From contig JBFRWI010000050.1 of the NCBI GenBank assembly GCA_051439505.1, positions 1-41,944 on the forward strand: DNA of 41,944 nt, in the 5' to 3' direction. Position 1 is the stretch's first letter. The number at the start of each line of letters is the position of its first letter. This DNA is from Hormoscilla sp. (GTDB lineage: Bacteria; Cyanobacteriota; Cyanobacteriia; Cyanobacteriales; Desertifilaceae). Below the pieces are notes generated by a model. That model worked only from the letters and a program-made list of their open reading frames with translations, searched no databases and was not told the origin of the DNA. Both the position numbers and the translations under genes were made by a program. Positions 31,243-39,862 of the stretch are shown here, one piece after another.

Positions 31243-31850
31243 ATGTCACGAGAACTCCTACCAGATTATTGTTACCACGTCACCTCTCGGTGCAACAACC
31301 GCGAATTTAAGCTGACTCACCATCAATGTAAGCAAGTTTTCCTCTTTGCTCTCAAAAAGGCTATAGACAAGTACCAGTTCAAACTCTATGGACTCTGCAT
31401 CATGTCCAACCACTAAAAAATTCAAAATTCAAAATTCAAAATTCTTGCATTGGGACAGCCATTTTGAGCTTGGGTTCAGCCTTTTTGCCGTAGCAATTTA
31501 AATGCGCGACAGCTTAAATACCCTCCGCTACATTCACGCTAATCCCAAAACTGCTGGCATGCAACAAGGTTTTTTCTATGACTTTTCTAACTATGGATCC
31601 TATGAAAGATTCATCAATGACTTTCCCCATTTTGAATTTTGAATTCTGAATTTTGAATTGCTTAAGGGGGAGCAACTTCTTGCCAAAAAATCTCAAACTT
31701 AAGCCGAAGCAAGAATCATTTGGGCAGATGCTTTTGCCTTGGGCTCAAAGGGCCCAGACTCTCGACCCGGATGATATTGTGACGGCGGCGATCGATTTTG
31801 TCCGTGCTAATAGTTACGCCTATGAAGTTGCCCTGGAAAAGTTCTATTAG
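31243..31850 (+). pseudogene. REP-associated tyrosine transposase (RAYT, Y1 HUH family), fragmented
   Basis: YHVTSRCNNREF...LYGLCIMSNH* (HUH motif cut by a stop and an AAAATTC repeat tract); LNTLRYIHANP at 31514; C-terminal remnant to 31850. Confidence 0.82.
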
Positions 31851-32092
31851 CCTCGTTGCGAGTCAAACAAGCCATCAGTCTGTCCTGATGCCGTAATGTA
31901 CGTGCTAATAGGGGGTTTTTCTCAATCCGATAGGAATTTTTCTCAATTAAATGGATATTTTTACAGGTGATTTTTTTTGTGGAGCCCCCGATACCTGTCG
32001 CGGCCCTGGGGGTATAAGAAAAGGGGGTCTGACAGGTATCGAATTACGGGAAAAAGAAAAAAACTTGACAGGATGTCAGCTTGGTGTTAAGT

Positions 32093-32560
32093 TCAAGAAC
32101 GACGCCGCCGTTTGGATGCTACTGCTCCCAGGGCAGCTACGCCCATCAGGGCGATCGCACTCGACGGTTCGGGAACGCTCGTCGCGCCCACGACGTCTAG
32201 CTCGTCAGCACGTATAGTATACTCATCTAATACTACATCGGTATACGGGTCCGTGTTCTCTATCCTATACACGGCTATGGAAGAACCCTCATCCCACATC
32301 GCATCAAAGAACAAGTAGGAATCCCCCAGGAAAACGTCTAATCTCAATCCTAACTCTCTTACCTCTCCTCTGTCTAAATAGATGTCGGACGGCTCGTTCC
32401 AGTCGGGGTTTTCAAAGGAGAAGCCGACCAGCCGTGCGTCCGTGCCCGAGTAAGTGAAAGTGGCTGCGGTGGCTGGAGATGTGGCAACTGTCGCCACGCT
32501 CATTGTCGCTGCGGCGGCTGTAGCGGCAGCAGTAATAATCTTTTTTATTGTCCTGTCCAT
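32093..32560 (-). CDS. PEP-CTERM sorting domain protein
   Basis: Ala-rich signal peptide; VPEPSS + TM + KRRRRS. Confidence 0.9.
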   Translation of the reverse strand: MDRTIKKIITAAATAAAATMSVATVATSPATAATFTYSGTDARLVGFSFENPDWNEPSDIYLDRGEVRELGLRLDVFLGDSYLFFDAMWDEGSSIAVYRIENTDPYTDVVLDEYTIRADELDVVGATSVPEPSSAIALMGVAALGAVASKRRRRS

Positions 32561-32870
32561 CTTAGTTTTCGAGATTTTTTTTTGTTGGATTTTCTAGGCG
32601 GGTGGAGCGATTGTTACTGTTAAGCTTGGTCGTCTCCTGATTTGGGGAACCTCGTCGCCAACGAGCGCGCCTCTTTTTTATTATGCTGTCCACAGGAGAC
32701 ATTGTCAAGTGCAAATGCCCATCTTTACAGAATATTCATATAAGCTCTGATTTTTGTCAAACCGGTCGTCGAGCCGCCTTCGTCGCTTCCGATATGGGCC
32801 GTTCCCAGGTTCTACCGGTTCTACCTGGGAACGAGAGGAATGGGCGATCGTCGCGGGTGCGAAAATCTGG

Positions 32871-34781
32871 CTAGCTGCTAACAGCAGTAAGCTGCTTGCT
32901 AAAGAAAGCCGTGCGGACAGTTTCGGCAATTTGAGGGGGAGTTAAACCCAAGTCTGCTTTTGATTCATCGGGTTTGGCATGATCGACTAAGATATCGGGT
33001 ACGCCCAGGCGCTTGATGGGTACAACCACATCCGCGTCGAGCAACATTTCGGCGACGCCAGAACCAAAACCACCCATAACACAGCCTTCTTCCAAAGTCA
33101 CGACTCGTCCGATCTTTTGGGCTAAAGGTGCAATTAATTCGGCATCCAGAGGTTTAGCAAAGCGGGCATTAACGACAGTTGCTTGGATATTATGTTCGCT
33201 GAGAATTTCCGCCACTTGTACCGCAGGATAAACCATGGAACCGTAAGCAACTAGCAAAACATCGTCACCATTACGAAGAATTTCCCCCTTACCAATAGGC
33301 AAAGGTTCCCAACCTTCTTCCATCAAGGGAACGCCGTACCCGCTACCGCGAGGATAGCGCATGGCAATGGGACCATCCGTATAGTTGATGCCAGTCACCA
33401 ACATCCGTTGCAGTTCCCCTTCATCCTTGGGTGCCATCAACACCATGTTGGGCAAACAGCGCAGATAAGCGATATCATACATGCCTTGATGGGTGGGACC
33501 GTCCGCACCGACAATTCCCGCCCGATCGATGCAGAAGAAAACTGGCAGATTTTGAATGCAGATATCGTGAACGATCTGGTCGTAGGCCCGTTGCAGGAAG
33601 GTAGAGTAGATAGCAGCAACCGGGCGCATGCCTTCACAGGCTAACCCAGCAGCGAGGGTAACTGCATGCTGTTCGGCAATACCCACATCAATATATTGCT
33701 TGGGCAGCTTTTCATGGAGTTTCGTTAAACCCGTTCCCGTGGCCATGGCTGCGGTAATCCCGACAATTTGGGGATTATTCTCTGCTAATGTGGTCAGGGT
33801 ATGGGCAAAGACCTTCGAGTAAGAGGGGGGTTTGGGTTTGTTAGAAGGAATGGCCTTGCCAGTGGCCAGGTTGAAGGGACTTTGGGCATGGTAACCGACT
33901 TGGTCTTTTTCCGCGATCGCATAGCCCTTGCCCTTAGTGGTGGACACGTGAACCAGAACTGGTCCCGGTATTTTATGGGCATGTTCAAAAGTAGCGATCA
34001 AATCTTTCAGGTCGTGACCGTCTACCGGTCCCATATAGGTAAAGCCCAATTCTTCAATCACGGCCCCCACCTTGGACACCGCCAGACGTTTCATCCCTTC
34101 CTTAAGCCGTTCCATTTCTGGGGTAAAGCGTTCGCCGACAAAGGGCAGGTGCTTGAACTGTTCTTCCAGGTTATCCTTGATGAACTGCACCGGATCGGAC
34201 AGGCGCATTTTATTCAGATAGCGGGATATGGCCCCGACATTGGGGGAGATGGACATTTCATTGTCGTTGAGCACCACTAGCAGGTTAGTATGGGGCAAAT
34301 GTCCAGCATGGTTAATGGCTTCAAAGGCCATGCCCCCCGTGAGGGCCCCATCCCCAATGACGGCCACTGCTTTGAAGTTGTCCCCTTTCAAGTCCCGGGC
34401 GAGTGCCATTCCCAAGGCAGCGGATATGCTAGTAGAAGCATGGCCTGCGCCAAAATGGTCGAACTTGCTTTCGCAGCGCTTGAGATAGCCGGCGACCCCA
34501 TCTTTTTGCCGTAAGGTGTGGAAGTGGTTGTACCGTCCTGTTACCATCTTATGGGGATAAGCTTGGTGACCCACATCCCAAATCACCTTGTCGCGATCGA
34601 GGTCCAGGGTTTGGTAAAGGGCCACGGTAAGTTCCACCACTCCCAACCCCGGACCCAGATGGCCGCCACTGGCTGCCACGGTTTGCAGATGCTTGTCTCG
34701 AATTTGCCTGGCAATTTGTTCGAGTTGATGAATTGACAGACCGTGTAATTGGTTGGGATGGGTCAGTTCGCTCAAATGCAT
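32871..34781 (-). CDS. dxs: 1-deoxy-D-xylulose-5-phosphate synthase
   Basis: MHLSE start (34781); [54 protein letters not shown]. Confidence 0.97.
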   Translation of the reverse strand: MHLSELTHPNQLHGLSIHQLEQIARQIRDKHLQTVAASGGHLGPGLGVVELTVALYQTLDLDRDKVIWDVGHQAYPHKMVTGRYNHFHTLRQKDGVAGYLKRCESKFDHFGAGHASTSISAALGMALARDLKGDNFKAVAVIGDGALTGGMAFEAINHAGHLPHTNLLVVLNDNEMSISPNVGAISRYLNKMRLSDPVQFIKDNLEEQFKHLPFVGERFTPEMERLKEGMKRLAVSKVGAVIEELGFTYMGPVDGHDLKDLIATFEHAHKIPGPVLVHVSTTKGKGYAIAEKDQVGYHAQSPFNLATGKAIPSNKPKPPSYSKVFAHTLTTLAENNPQIVGITAAMATGTGLTKLHEKLPKQYIDVGIAEQHAVTLAAGLACEGMRPVAAIYSTFLQRAYDQIVHDICIQNLPVFFCIDRAGIVGADGPTHQGMYDIAYLRCLPNMVLMAPKDEGELQRMLVTGINYTDGPIAMRYPRGSGYGVPLMEEGWEPLPIGKGEILRNGDDVLLVAYGSMVYPAVQVAEILSEHNIQATVVNARFAKPLDAELIAPLAQKIGRVVTLEEGCVMGGFGSGVAEMLLDADVVVPIKRLGVPDILVDHAKPDESKADLGLTPPQIAETVRTAFFSKQLTAVSS

Positions 34782-34898
34782 AGATAGATACCTTGCGCTC
34801 GTAATCAATATTTTTCTTACATTATAACTGTAGGTTATAATGTCCTCTTGGAAATACCTGTCGAAATAAAAAATCTCGCATAAATCTTCTTATCCACC

Positions 34899-35501
34899 GT
34901 GAAAGTTGTCAGGAGTAATTCAGCTATGAGTTTTCGCCCCGCTATGGCGATCGCCTTTTCGACGATCGCCAGTTTAATCGCCAGCACCGTACCGGTGCAA
35001 CCAGCGACCGCCACCACTTGGGATTATCGGTACTGTGCCTATCAGCTGCAAAAACTAGGCATTTTTGCCCAAGAGACAGCGGACGCCTGTTCGGCCACAC
35101 TCAAACCCAGGGAATTATCTAAATGCGTCGCCAATATTGCTAACAATACAGAAATTCCCGCCTTTGACGCCCTGACAACTTGTCGTCTGACGCGCCGTCC
35201 CATGGAATTAGGCAGCTGTGTCGTTGATATTAGTATGAATACAGAATCGGTATTTGCCCAAAATATTCTCGAAAACTGCCGCCGATCGGTCTTACCCCTG
35301 AGATATTCTGAATGTGTGGTGGGTTTGAGTCTCCAGACAGACCTCCCCAGTAACCAAGTGATGAATAATTGCCTGGATGGGCGCGATCGACCCCGTGACT
35401 TCTATCCCCTGTTGAGCACGCCACAACCAGCAGCACCACCAGTTCGCACCCCAGGGGCACCTCCTCCCTTACCTCCAGTTCCAGGAATTCCTCAGCCTTA
35501 G
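34899..35501 (+). CDS. Secreted Cys-repeat hypothetical protein (cyanobacterial type)
   Basis: Signal peptide; repeated C......P..L..CV..I units; Pro-rich tail; start may be ATG at 34926 or 34944. Confidence 0.7.
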   Translation: MKVVRSNSAMSFRPAMAIAFSTIASLIASTVPVQPATATTWDYRYCAYQLQKLGIFAQETADACSATLKPRELSKCVANIANNTEIPAFDALTTCRLTRRPMELGSCVVDISMNTESVFAQNILENCRRSVLPLRYSECVVGLSLQTDLPSNQVMNNCLDGRDRPRDFYPLLSTPQPAAPPVRTPGAPPPLPPVPGIPQP

Positions 35502-35682
35502 CTCATGGTTAATGGTTAAGGGTTCATTGTTTCATGGGAGTGCATCTCAATACAGTGTGAAGCCTTCAGAGAGTAAATCTTTACCTTGAATAGGTGATAT
35601 GCTCGCCCGCAGGCTTCACCCCCTGACTACCACATTTAATAATGTTATCACGGATGCGATCGCATTGCAGTAAGGAGAATCG

Positions 35683-36309
35683 ATGAAGGTTGACAGTATC
35701 CAAGAACTAACTGAAACTTTTGAAGGTCATGTCCAGCAGACTGAAAACGGCGTTGAATATTGGCTAGCACGGGATCTCCAGCACCTTCTGGGTTATAGGG
35801 CGTGGCGTAACTTTGAGGGGGTTATCAAACGAGTAATTGGCATAATTAAACATCAACAGCTAAATGGTAAAATAGAAAAGATCGTATCAATAGCAAAAAT
35901 TGGTTCAGGTGCATCGAGGAATATTGTTAACTATAAATTAGATAGAGAGGCTGTATCTATACTGCAACAACTATGTAGTAGCTATAAACTTAACAATTAT
36001 TTTCCCATTAGAAATGAAACTGTGGTCATTCAGCTAGTAGAAAAGTATTGCCATCTCAATGAAATAGGTTTTCAATATCAATTCCGATTAGATAAATATC
36101 TTTTTGATTGTCTTGTGGGAGAAAAAATATTGATTGAGTTTGATGAGCCACATCATCAATCTAGTAATCAGCAGAAAAAAATAGATAAAAGGAAGGAAGA
36201 AATTGCAATGCAACATAATTTGATTGTCTTTCGGGTGACCCTAGATATGGATATTATTGATTTAGTTGTATTTATAGAGAGAACTCTGAAATCACATAAG
36301 ACTGTTTAA
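35683..36309 (+). CDS. DinD/BRO-N-like N-terminal domain fused to a DUF559/Vsr-like PD-(D/E)XK nuclease domain
   Basis: GVEYWLARDLQHLLGY..WRNF; QFRLDKYLFDC....LIEFDEPHH......D..K; RBS AAGGAG. Confidence 0.72.
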   Translation: MKVDSIQELTETFEGHVQQTENGVEYWLARDLQHLLGYRAWRNFEGVIKRVIGIIKHQQLNGKIEKIVSIAKIGSGASRNIVNYKLDREAVSILQQLCSSYKLNNYFPIRNETVVIQLVEKYCHLNEIGFQYQFRLDKYLFDCLVGEKILIEFDEPHHQSSNQQKKIDKRKEEIAMQHNLIVFRVTLDMDIIDLVVFIERTLKSHKTV

Positions 36310-36334
36310 TGGCCAACCTATCTGGGAGTTTAAT

Positions 36335-36994
36335 TTGATGTTTTTGGATGCTTTTGAGTCACGTGCAAATAATGCTAAGGGTCAGTTTTATTTCTGGCTG
36401 GCTCGGGATATTCAACATCTCCTTGGATATGAGTTTTGGGAAGATTTTTTGCAAATTGTTTCCAAGGCAGAAAAAATTTGCGAACTGTCTGGATGTGAAA
36501 TTTCCGATCATTTTATACCTACAGGGAGCACGGTCAAACTCGGCTCTGGAAGCCAGGGAAAGGTTGATGACATTATGCTGACCCGCTATGCTTGCTATCT
36601 TATTGCTCAGAATGGCGACCCGAGAAAGCAGGAAATCGCTTTCGCTCAGACCTACTTTGCGATCCAGACTCGACGCGCGGAGTTAATCGAACAGCTAATA
36701 CTAGAAACAGAGCGGGTTTCAGCCGAGAAGAAGCTATCAGCGATTATTTTGAAAGCAAAGGACTTTGCAACAGAAATTACAATTTTTAATTCTCGGGAGA
36801 ATAGACTTGCTACGGAGGCGGCGATATCGTCGGAGCATATCACTAATAATGAGGCGGTGCGTGCAACGTTACTAGAACGCGGTATCCGACCCGAGTCGCT
36901 ACCTCCAGCAGAAGATGTGAAGAAGGTAGAACGCCGTTTAACTTCGGATCGGAAAAAGTATTTGAAAAATCCTGAAACCCTGGATGTTAATTAA
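36335..36994 (+). CDS. dinD: DNA-damage-inducible protein D homolog, apparently internally shortened
   Basis: WLARDIQHLLGY, LTRYACYLIAQNGDPRKQEIAFAQTYFAIQTRR, KAKDFATEIT, EHITNN, GIRPESLPPAEDVKKVERR. Confidence 0.85.
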   Translation: MMFLDAFESRANNAKGQFYFWLARDIQHLLGYEFWEDFLQIVSKAEKICELSGCEISDHFIPTGSTVKLGSGSQGKVDDIMLTRYACYLIAQNGDPRKQEIAFAQTYFAIQTRRAELIEQLILETERVSAEKKLSAIILKAKDFATEITIFNSRENRLATEAAISSEHITNNEAVRATLLERGIRPESLPPAEDVKKVERRLTSDRKKYLKNPETLDVN

Positions 36995-37096
36995 CAGTGC
37001 ATTCACGGTACCCTCAATTAGATCGTGGTGGGCGATCGGATCTGGATGACCCGTAAGAGAGGCGGAGAAATCTCCTCCACGAAGATGCCATCCATT

Positions 37097-37840
37097 TTAG
37101 TAGGAAATCTCTTGCCGATCGCGGAAAAACTTGCCACTCAGTTCGGGTCCAGCTTCCGTGGCCAGCCAAATAGCTGTATCCGCCCCTTCTTCAGGCGATC
37201 GGGCAGCCTGGGCACCACCCATATCCGTGCGCACCCAGCCCGGACACATGGAATAAACTGCAATGCCTTGCGATCGCAGGGTATCTGCTAACATAATAGT
37301 CGCGCCATTGAGGGCAAGTTTGGACAAACCATAAGCAGGTGGTACAGTAGCTGACAAAGTGTCTAACTGACCGTATTTGCTGGAAATATTAATAATGCGA
37401 GCTGCGGGGGCTTTTGCCAGCAGGGGGAGGAAAGCTTGGGTAACACTGATGGCACCAAAAGCATTAGTATGCATCGTCAGATCCAACATCTCCCGAGAAA
37501 TGTTGAGCAGGTTCTGTCCCCGATTTTTCGGGCCGTCCGCGGACCGATCGGGTAAAATGCCAGCATTATTGATCAGCACATCCAGGCGATCGCATGACCG
37601 ATTTAAAGCTTGTGCGGCCAGGAAAATACTCCGATCGTCAGTAACATCTAGTTGCATGGCGGCAATGCGCGAGTCAGGGGATTTTAACTGGGCCGCCGCC
37701 TCTTTGCCCTTGGCGAACGATCGGGCTGCTATAATCACGTCAAAGCCTAGATTTATTAATCCTTTACAGATCGCAAAACCGATGCCTTTATTGCCACCGG
37801 TAACTAGAGCTGTTTTTCCCTTATATTGTGCATTCATCAT
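37097..37840 (-). CDS. Short-chain dehydrogenase/reductase (carbonyl reductase-like)
   Basis: TGGNKGIG, NNAG, YGLSK, CPGWVRTDMGG. Confidence 0.93.
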   Translation of the reverse strand: MMNAQYKGKTALVTGGNKGIGFAICKGLINLGFDVIIAARSFAKGKEAAAQLKSPDSRIAAMQLDVTDDRSIFLAAQALNRSCDRLDVLINNAGILPDRSADGPKNRGQNLLNISREMLDLTMHTNAFGAISVTQAFLPLLAKAPAARIINISSKYGQLDTLSATVPPAYGLSKLALNGATIMLADTLRSQGIAVYSMCPGWVRTDMGGAQAARSPEEGADTAIWLATEAGPELSGKFFRDRQEISY

Positions 37841-37976
37841 CTATCTCCTGATTTTATAAGCGATCGTTTTTATTATCCTATAGCAAGACTTAAAAATTGT
37901 CAAGTTCATCTCCTGCCAGCCAGAAACCCGGTTTCGCAGAAGTTACCGGGTTTCTTAACATCTGAGGATAACGGAA

Positions 37977-39020
37977 TTATTTTCTGGGGTTATCAATCAA
38001 TTTCAGCGACCCCCCAAAGGCAAAATCCTGCACCATCGAACTCTTGAGGAAGTCATGGGGAAATCCCAAGGATACCGCACTGACTTCATCCAACTGCTGC
38101 ATTTGTTCTGGGGTTAACTCGAACTCCAAGCAGGCAAGATTTTCCTCCACCTGCTTGACCTTGCGAGATCCGATAATGGGAATAATTTCACCTTTTTGCC
38201 GCAACCAGTTCAATGCTACTTGGGAAGGGGCCCGTCCGATCTCTGCTGCTATCTTAACTACTTCTGCCGCAATGGTCAAGTCCCGATCGCTCACTTCCAT
38301 CCCTTCCACAGTTTCTAATCGCTTGGACTCCGAACCGGCAGTTTCTTGAGGCTTTTTATTGTATTTCCCCGTCAAAACCCCACCGCCTAGGGGACTCCAA
38401 GCGGTCACGCCAATTTCAAAGGCCGTTGCCATGGGTAACAATTCTCGTTCCGGAGTCCGTTCTCGCAAGGAATATTCAATTTGCAAGCCGATAAAAGATG
38501 TCCAACCTCGCAGACTGGCGATCGTATTTGCTTGGGAAATAATCCAAGCAGGAGTATCGGAAATGCCGATATAAAGCACCTTACCGGCGCGGACTAAATC
38601 GTCAAACGATCGCATGACTTCTTCGGTGGGGGTAGTAAAATCCCAAGCGTGCAACCATAGCAGATCGATATAGTCCAATTGCAGGCGTTTCAAGCTAGCT
38701 TCCACTGCTTGTACCATATTTTTGCGATGGTTTCCGCCAGCATTCACTTCGCCATCGCCCGTATTGAGACTGTATTTGGTGGCCACAACCCATTTGGCGC
38801 GATCGGCGGCAATAAAGTCCCCCACATATTTTTCGCTCGTACCATTAGTATAAAGGTTAGCGGTATCGATAAAATTCCCGCCCGCCTCAGCAAAAGCATC
38901 AAATACTTTGCGACTTTCCTCATAGTCAGAACCCCAACCCCAGTCTTCTCCAAAGGTCATCGTCCCGAGACAGAGTTCCGATACGCGCAGTCCGCTTTTC
39001 CCCAATAATTTGTAACGCAT
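37977..39020 (-). CDS. Aldo/keto reductase
   Basis: LGKSGLRVSELCLGTMTFG, DTANLY, ATKY, SLKRLQLDYIDL, WSPLGGG. Confidence 0.95.
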   Translation of the reverse strand: MRYKLLGKSGLRVSELCLGTMTFGEDWGWGSDYEESRKVFDAFAEAGGNFIDTANLYTNGTSEKYVGDFIAADRAKWVVATKYSLNTGDGEVNAGGNHRKNMVQAVEASLKRLQLDYIDLLWLHAWDFTTPTEEVMRSFDDLVRAGKVLYIGISDTPAWIISQANTIASLRGWTSFIGLQIEYSLRERTPERELLPMATAFEIGVTAWSPLGGGVLTGKYNKKPQETAGSESKRLETVEGMEVSDRDLTIAAEVVKIAAEIGRAPSQVALNWLRQKGEIIPIIGSRKVKQVEENLACLEFELTPEQMQQLDEVSAVSLGFPHDFLKSSMVQDFAFGGSLKLIDNPRK

Positions 39021-39076
39021 TGTTGTTTTTCCTCCAAGTTGCCTAGGGCGGGCGGGATCGCCTGCCCGAAATCCTC

Positions 39077-39161
39077 GTTAAATCAAAATGGTATGAAAAT
39101 ATTATACCGATAAATTTTCCCTAGCAGAAGGTACGGCAGCATTCACCAAACCCAACAAGGG
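39077..39161 (-). repeat. Duplicated 3' end (last 20 codons plus ~25 bp downstream) of the gene at the right window edge; att-like
   Basis: 39102-39161 encodes PLLGLVNAAVPSARENLSV*, versus PLLGLVNAAVPFGRENLSV* at 41783-41842; 34 bp identical (39128-39161 = 41809-41842); GTTAAATCAAAATGG at 39077 and 41611. Confidence 0.9.
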
Positions 39162-39408
39162 GTGTGGCTCCTTCGCCCGTTGCACTTGCTAAATTATTTA
39201 AAAATGCGCAGGGGGAACCCTGCCACAGGGTTCCCCAAGTGGAGTTGAGCTGAGCGATAAAGAGATTTACCTGACCCGGAGTTACGCAAAAAGCGCCTAC
39301 TTCCGTTGCTTGACCCAAATGGGGCGCTTTTTGCGCAGTCCGGGCCGGGCATCCCTGGTTTCGCTTGGGCTTGTGTTACGTTGACAAGCCCCCATGAACC
39401 AACATTCT
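39162..39408 (-). ncRNA. Putative structured ncRNA A, ~250 nt
   Basis: Follows a consensus promoter; stems GGGCUUGU/ACAAGCCC, CCCGGA..CGCAAAAAGCGCC/GGCGCUUUUUGCG..UCCGGG, GGGGAACCCUG/CAGGGUUCCCC; no credible ORF. Confidence 0.55.
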
Positions 39409-39414
39409 AAATTA

Positions 39415-39443
39415 AATATAGCTAATTATTCTTTATTTGTCAA
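39415..39443 (-). promoter_or_regulatory. Putative sigma70 promoter A
   Basis: TTGACA (39443-39438)-17 bp-TATATT (39420-39415). Confidence 0.7.
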
Positions 39444-39459
39444 GGGTAATGGTAATTTT

Positions 39460-39778
39460 TTTTGCCCGACCATGGGATATTTATTTGATCTTCATATCCG
39501 GCGCATCCAAGCTTTGGGGGAGTCCTAAAAATAAGGCATCTGTTGATGTTGTTCTCTCCGGTCCGGAGTTGGACCCGTTAGCTCAAATCCCCCCGTTCCC
39601 CCCGTCCGGGCGTCCGGCGTTGCCTTCCGAGAGGACAACTAACTGATATATGGCATTATTTGTCCCAGAAATTCTGAGTACAAGGGTATCCGACAGCTGG
39701 GAGGGCCGATAAACGATCAACTTCTGCATGGGCGATCGTCCACTCGGGCCAACTCCTGGATTGTCAAAGCGATCTCTT
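39460..39778 (-). ncRNA. Putative structured ncRNA B, ~320 nt
   Basis: Follows promoter B; long G-U-containing hairpin (AGUUGG..UGGACGAUCG / UGAUCGUUUA..CCAGCU) plus UCAGAA/UUCUGG, GUUG/CAAC and GGUCC/GGACC stems; 3' end uncertain. Confidence 0.45.
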
Positions 39779-39783
39779 TTACG

Positions 39784-39813
39784 ATCATATAGCACTACTC
39801 TGGGAATTGTCAA
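39784..39813 (-). promoter_or_regulatory. Putative sigma70 promoter B
   Basis: TTGACA (39813-39808)-18 bp-TATGAT (39789-39784). Confidence 0.6.
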
Positions 39814-39862
39814 GCCGGATAAATAAAAATTAACAAATCCGGTACGATAAAAAAACATGCTG

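Noticed and set aside
35502..35682. LexA box upstream of the dinD-like genes
   Set aside because: No cyanobacterial RGTAC-N3-DGTWCB or E. coli CTGT-N8-ACAG match found
8313..39778. Functional link between pAgo and the hairpin RNAs of the island
   Set aside because: They are ~29 kb apart, separated by housekeeping genes, and long-A pAgos of this type typically use DNA guides; no sequence evidence links them
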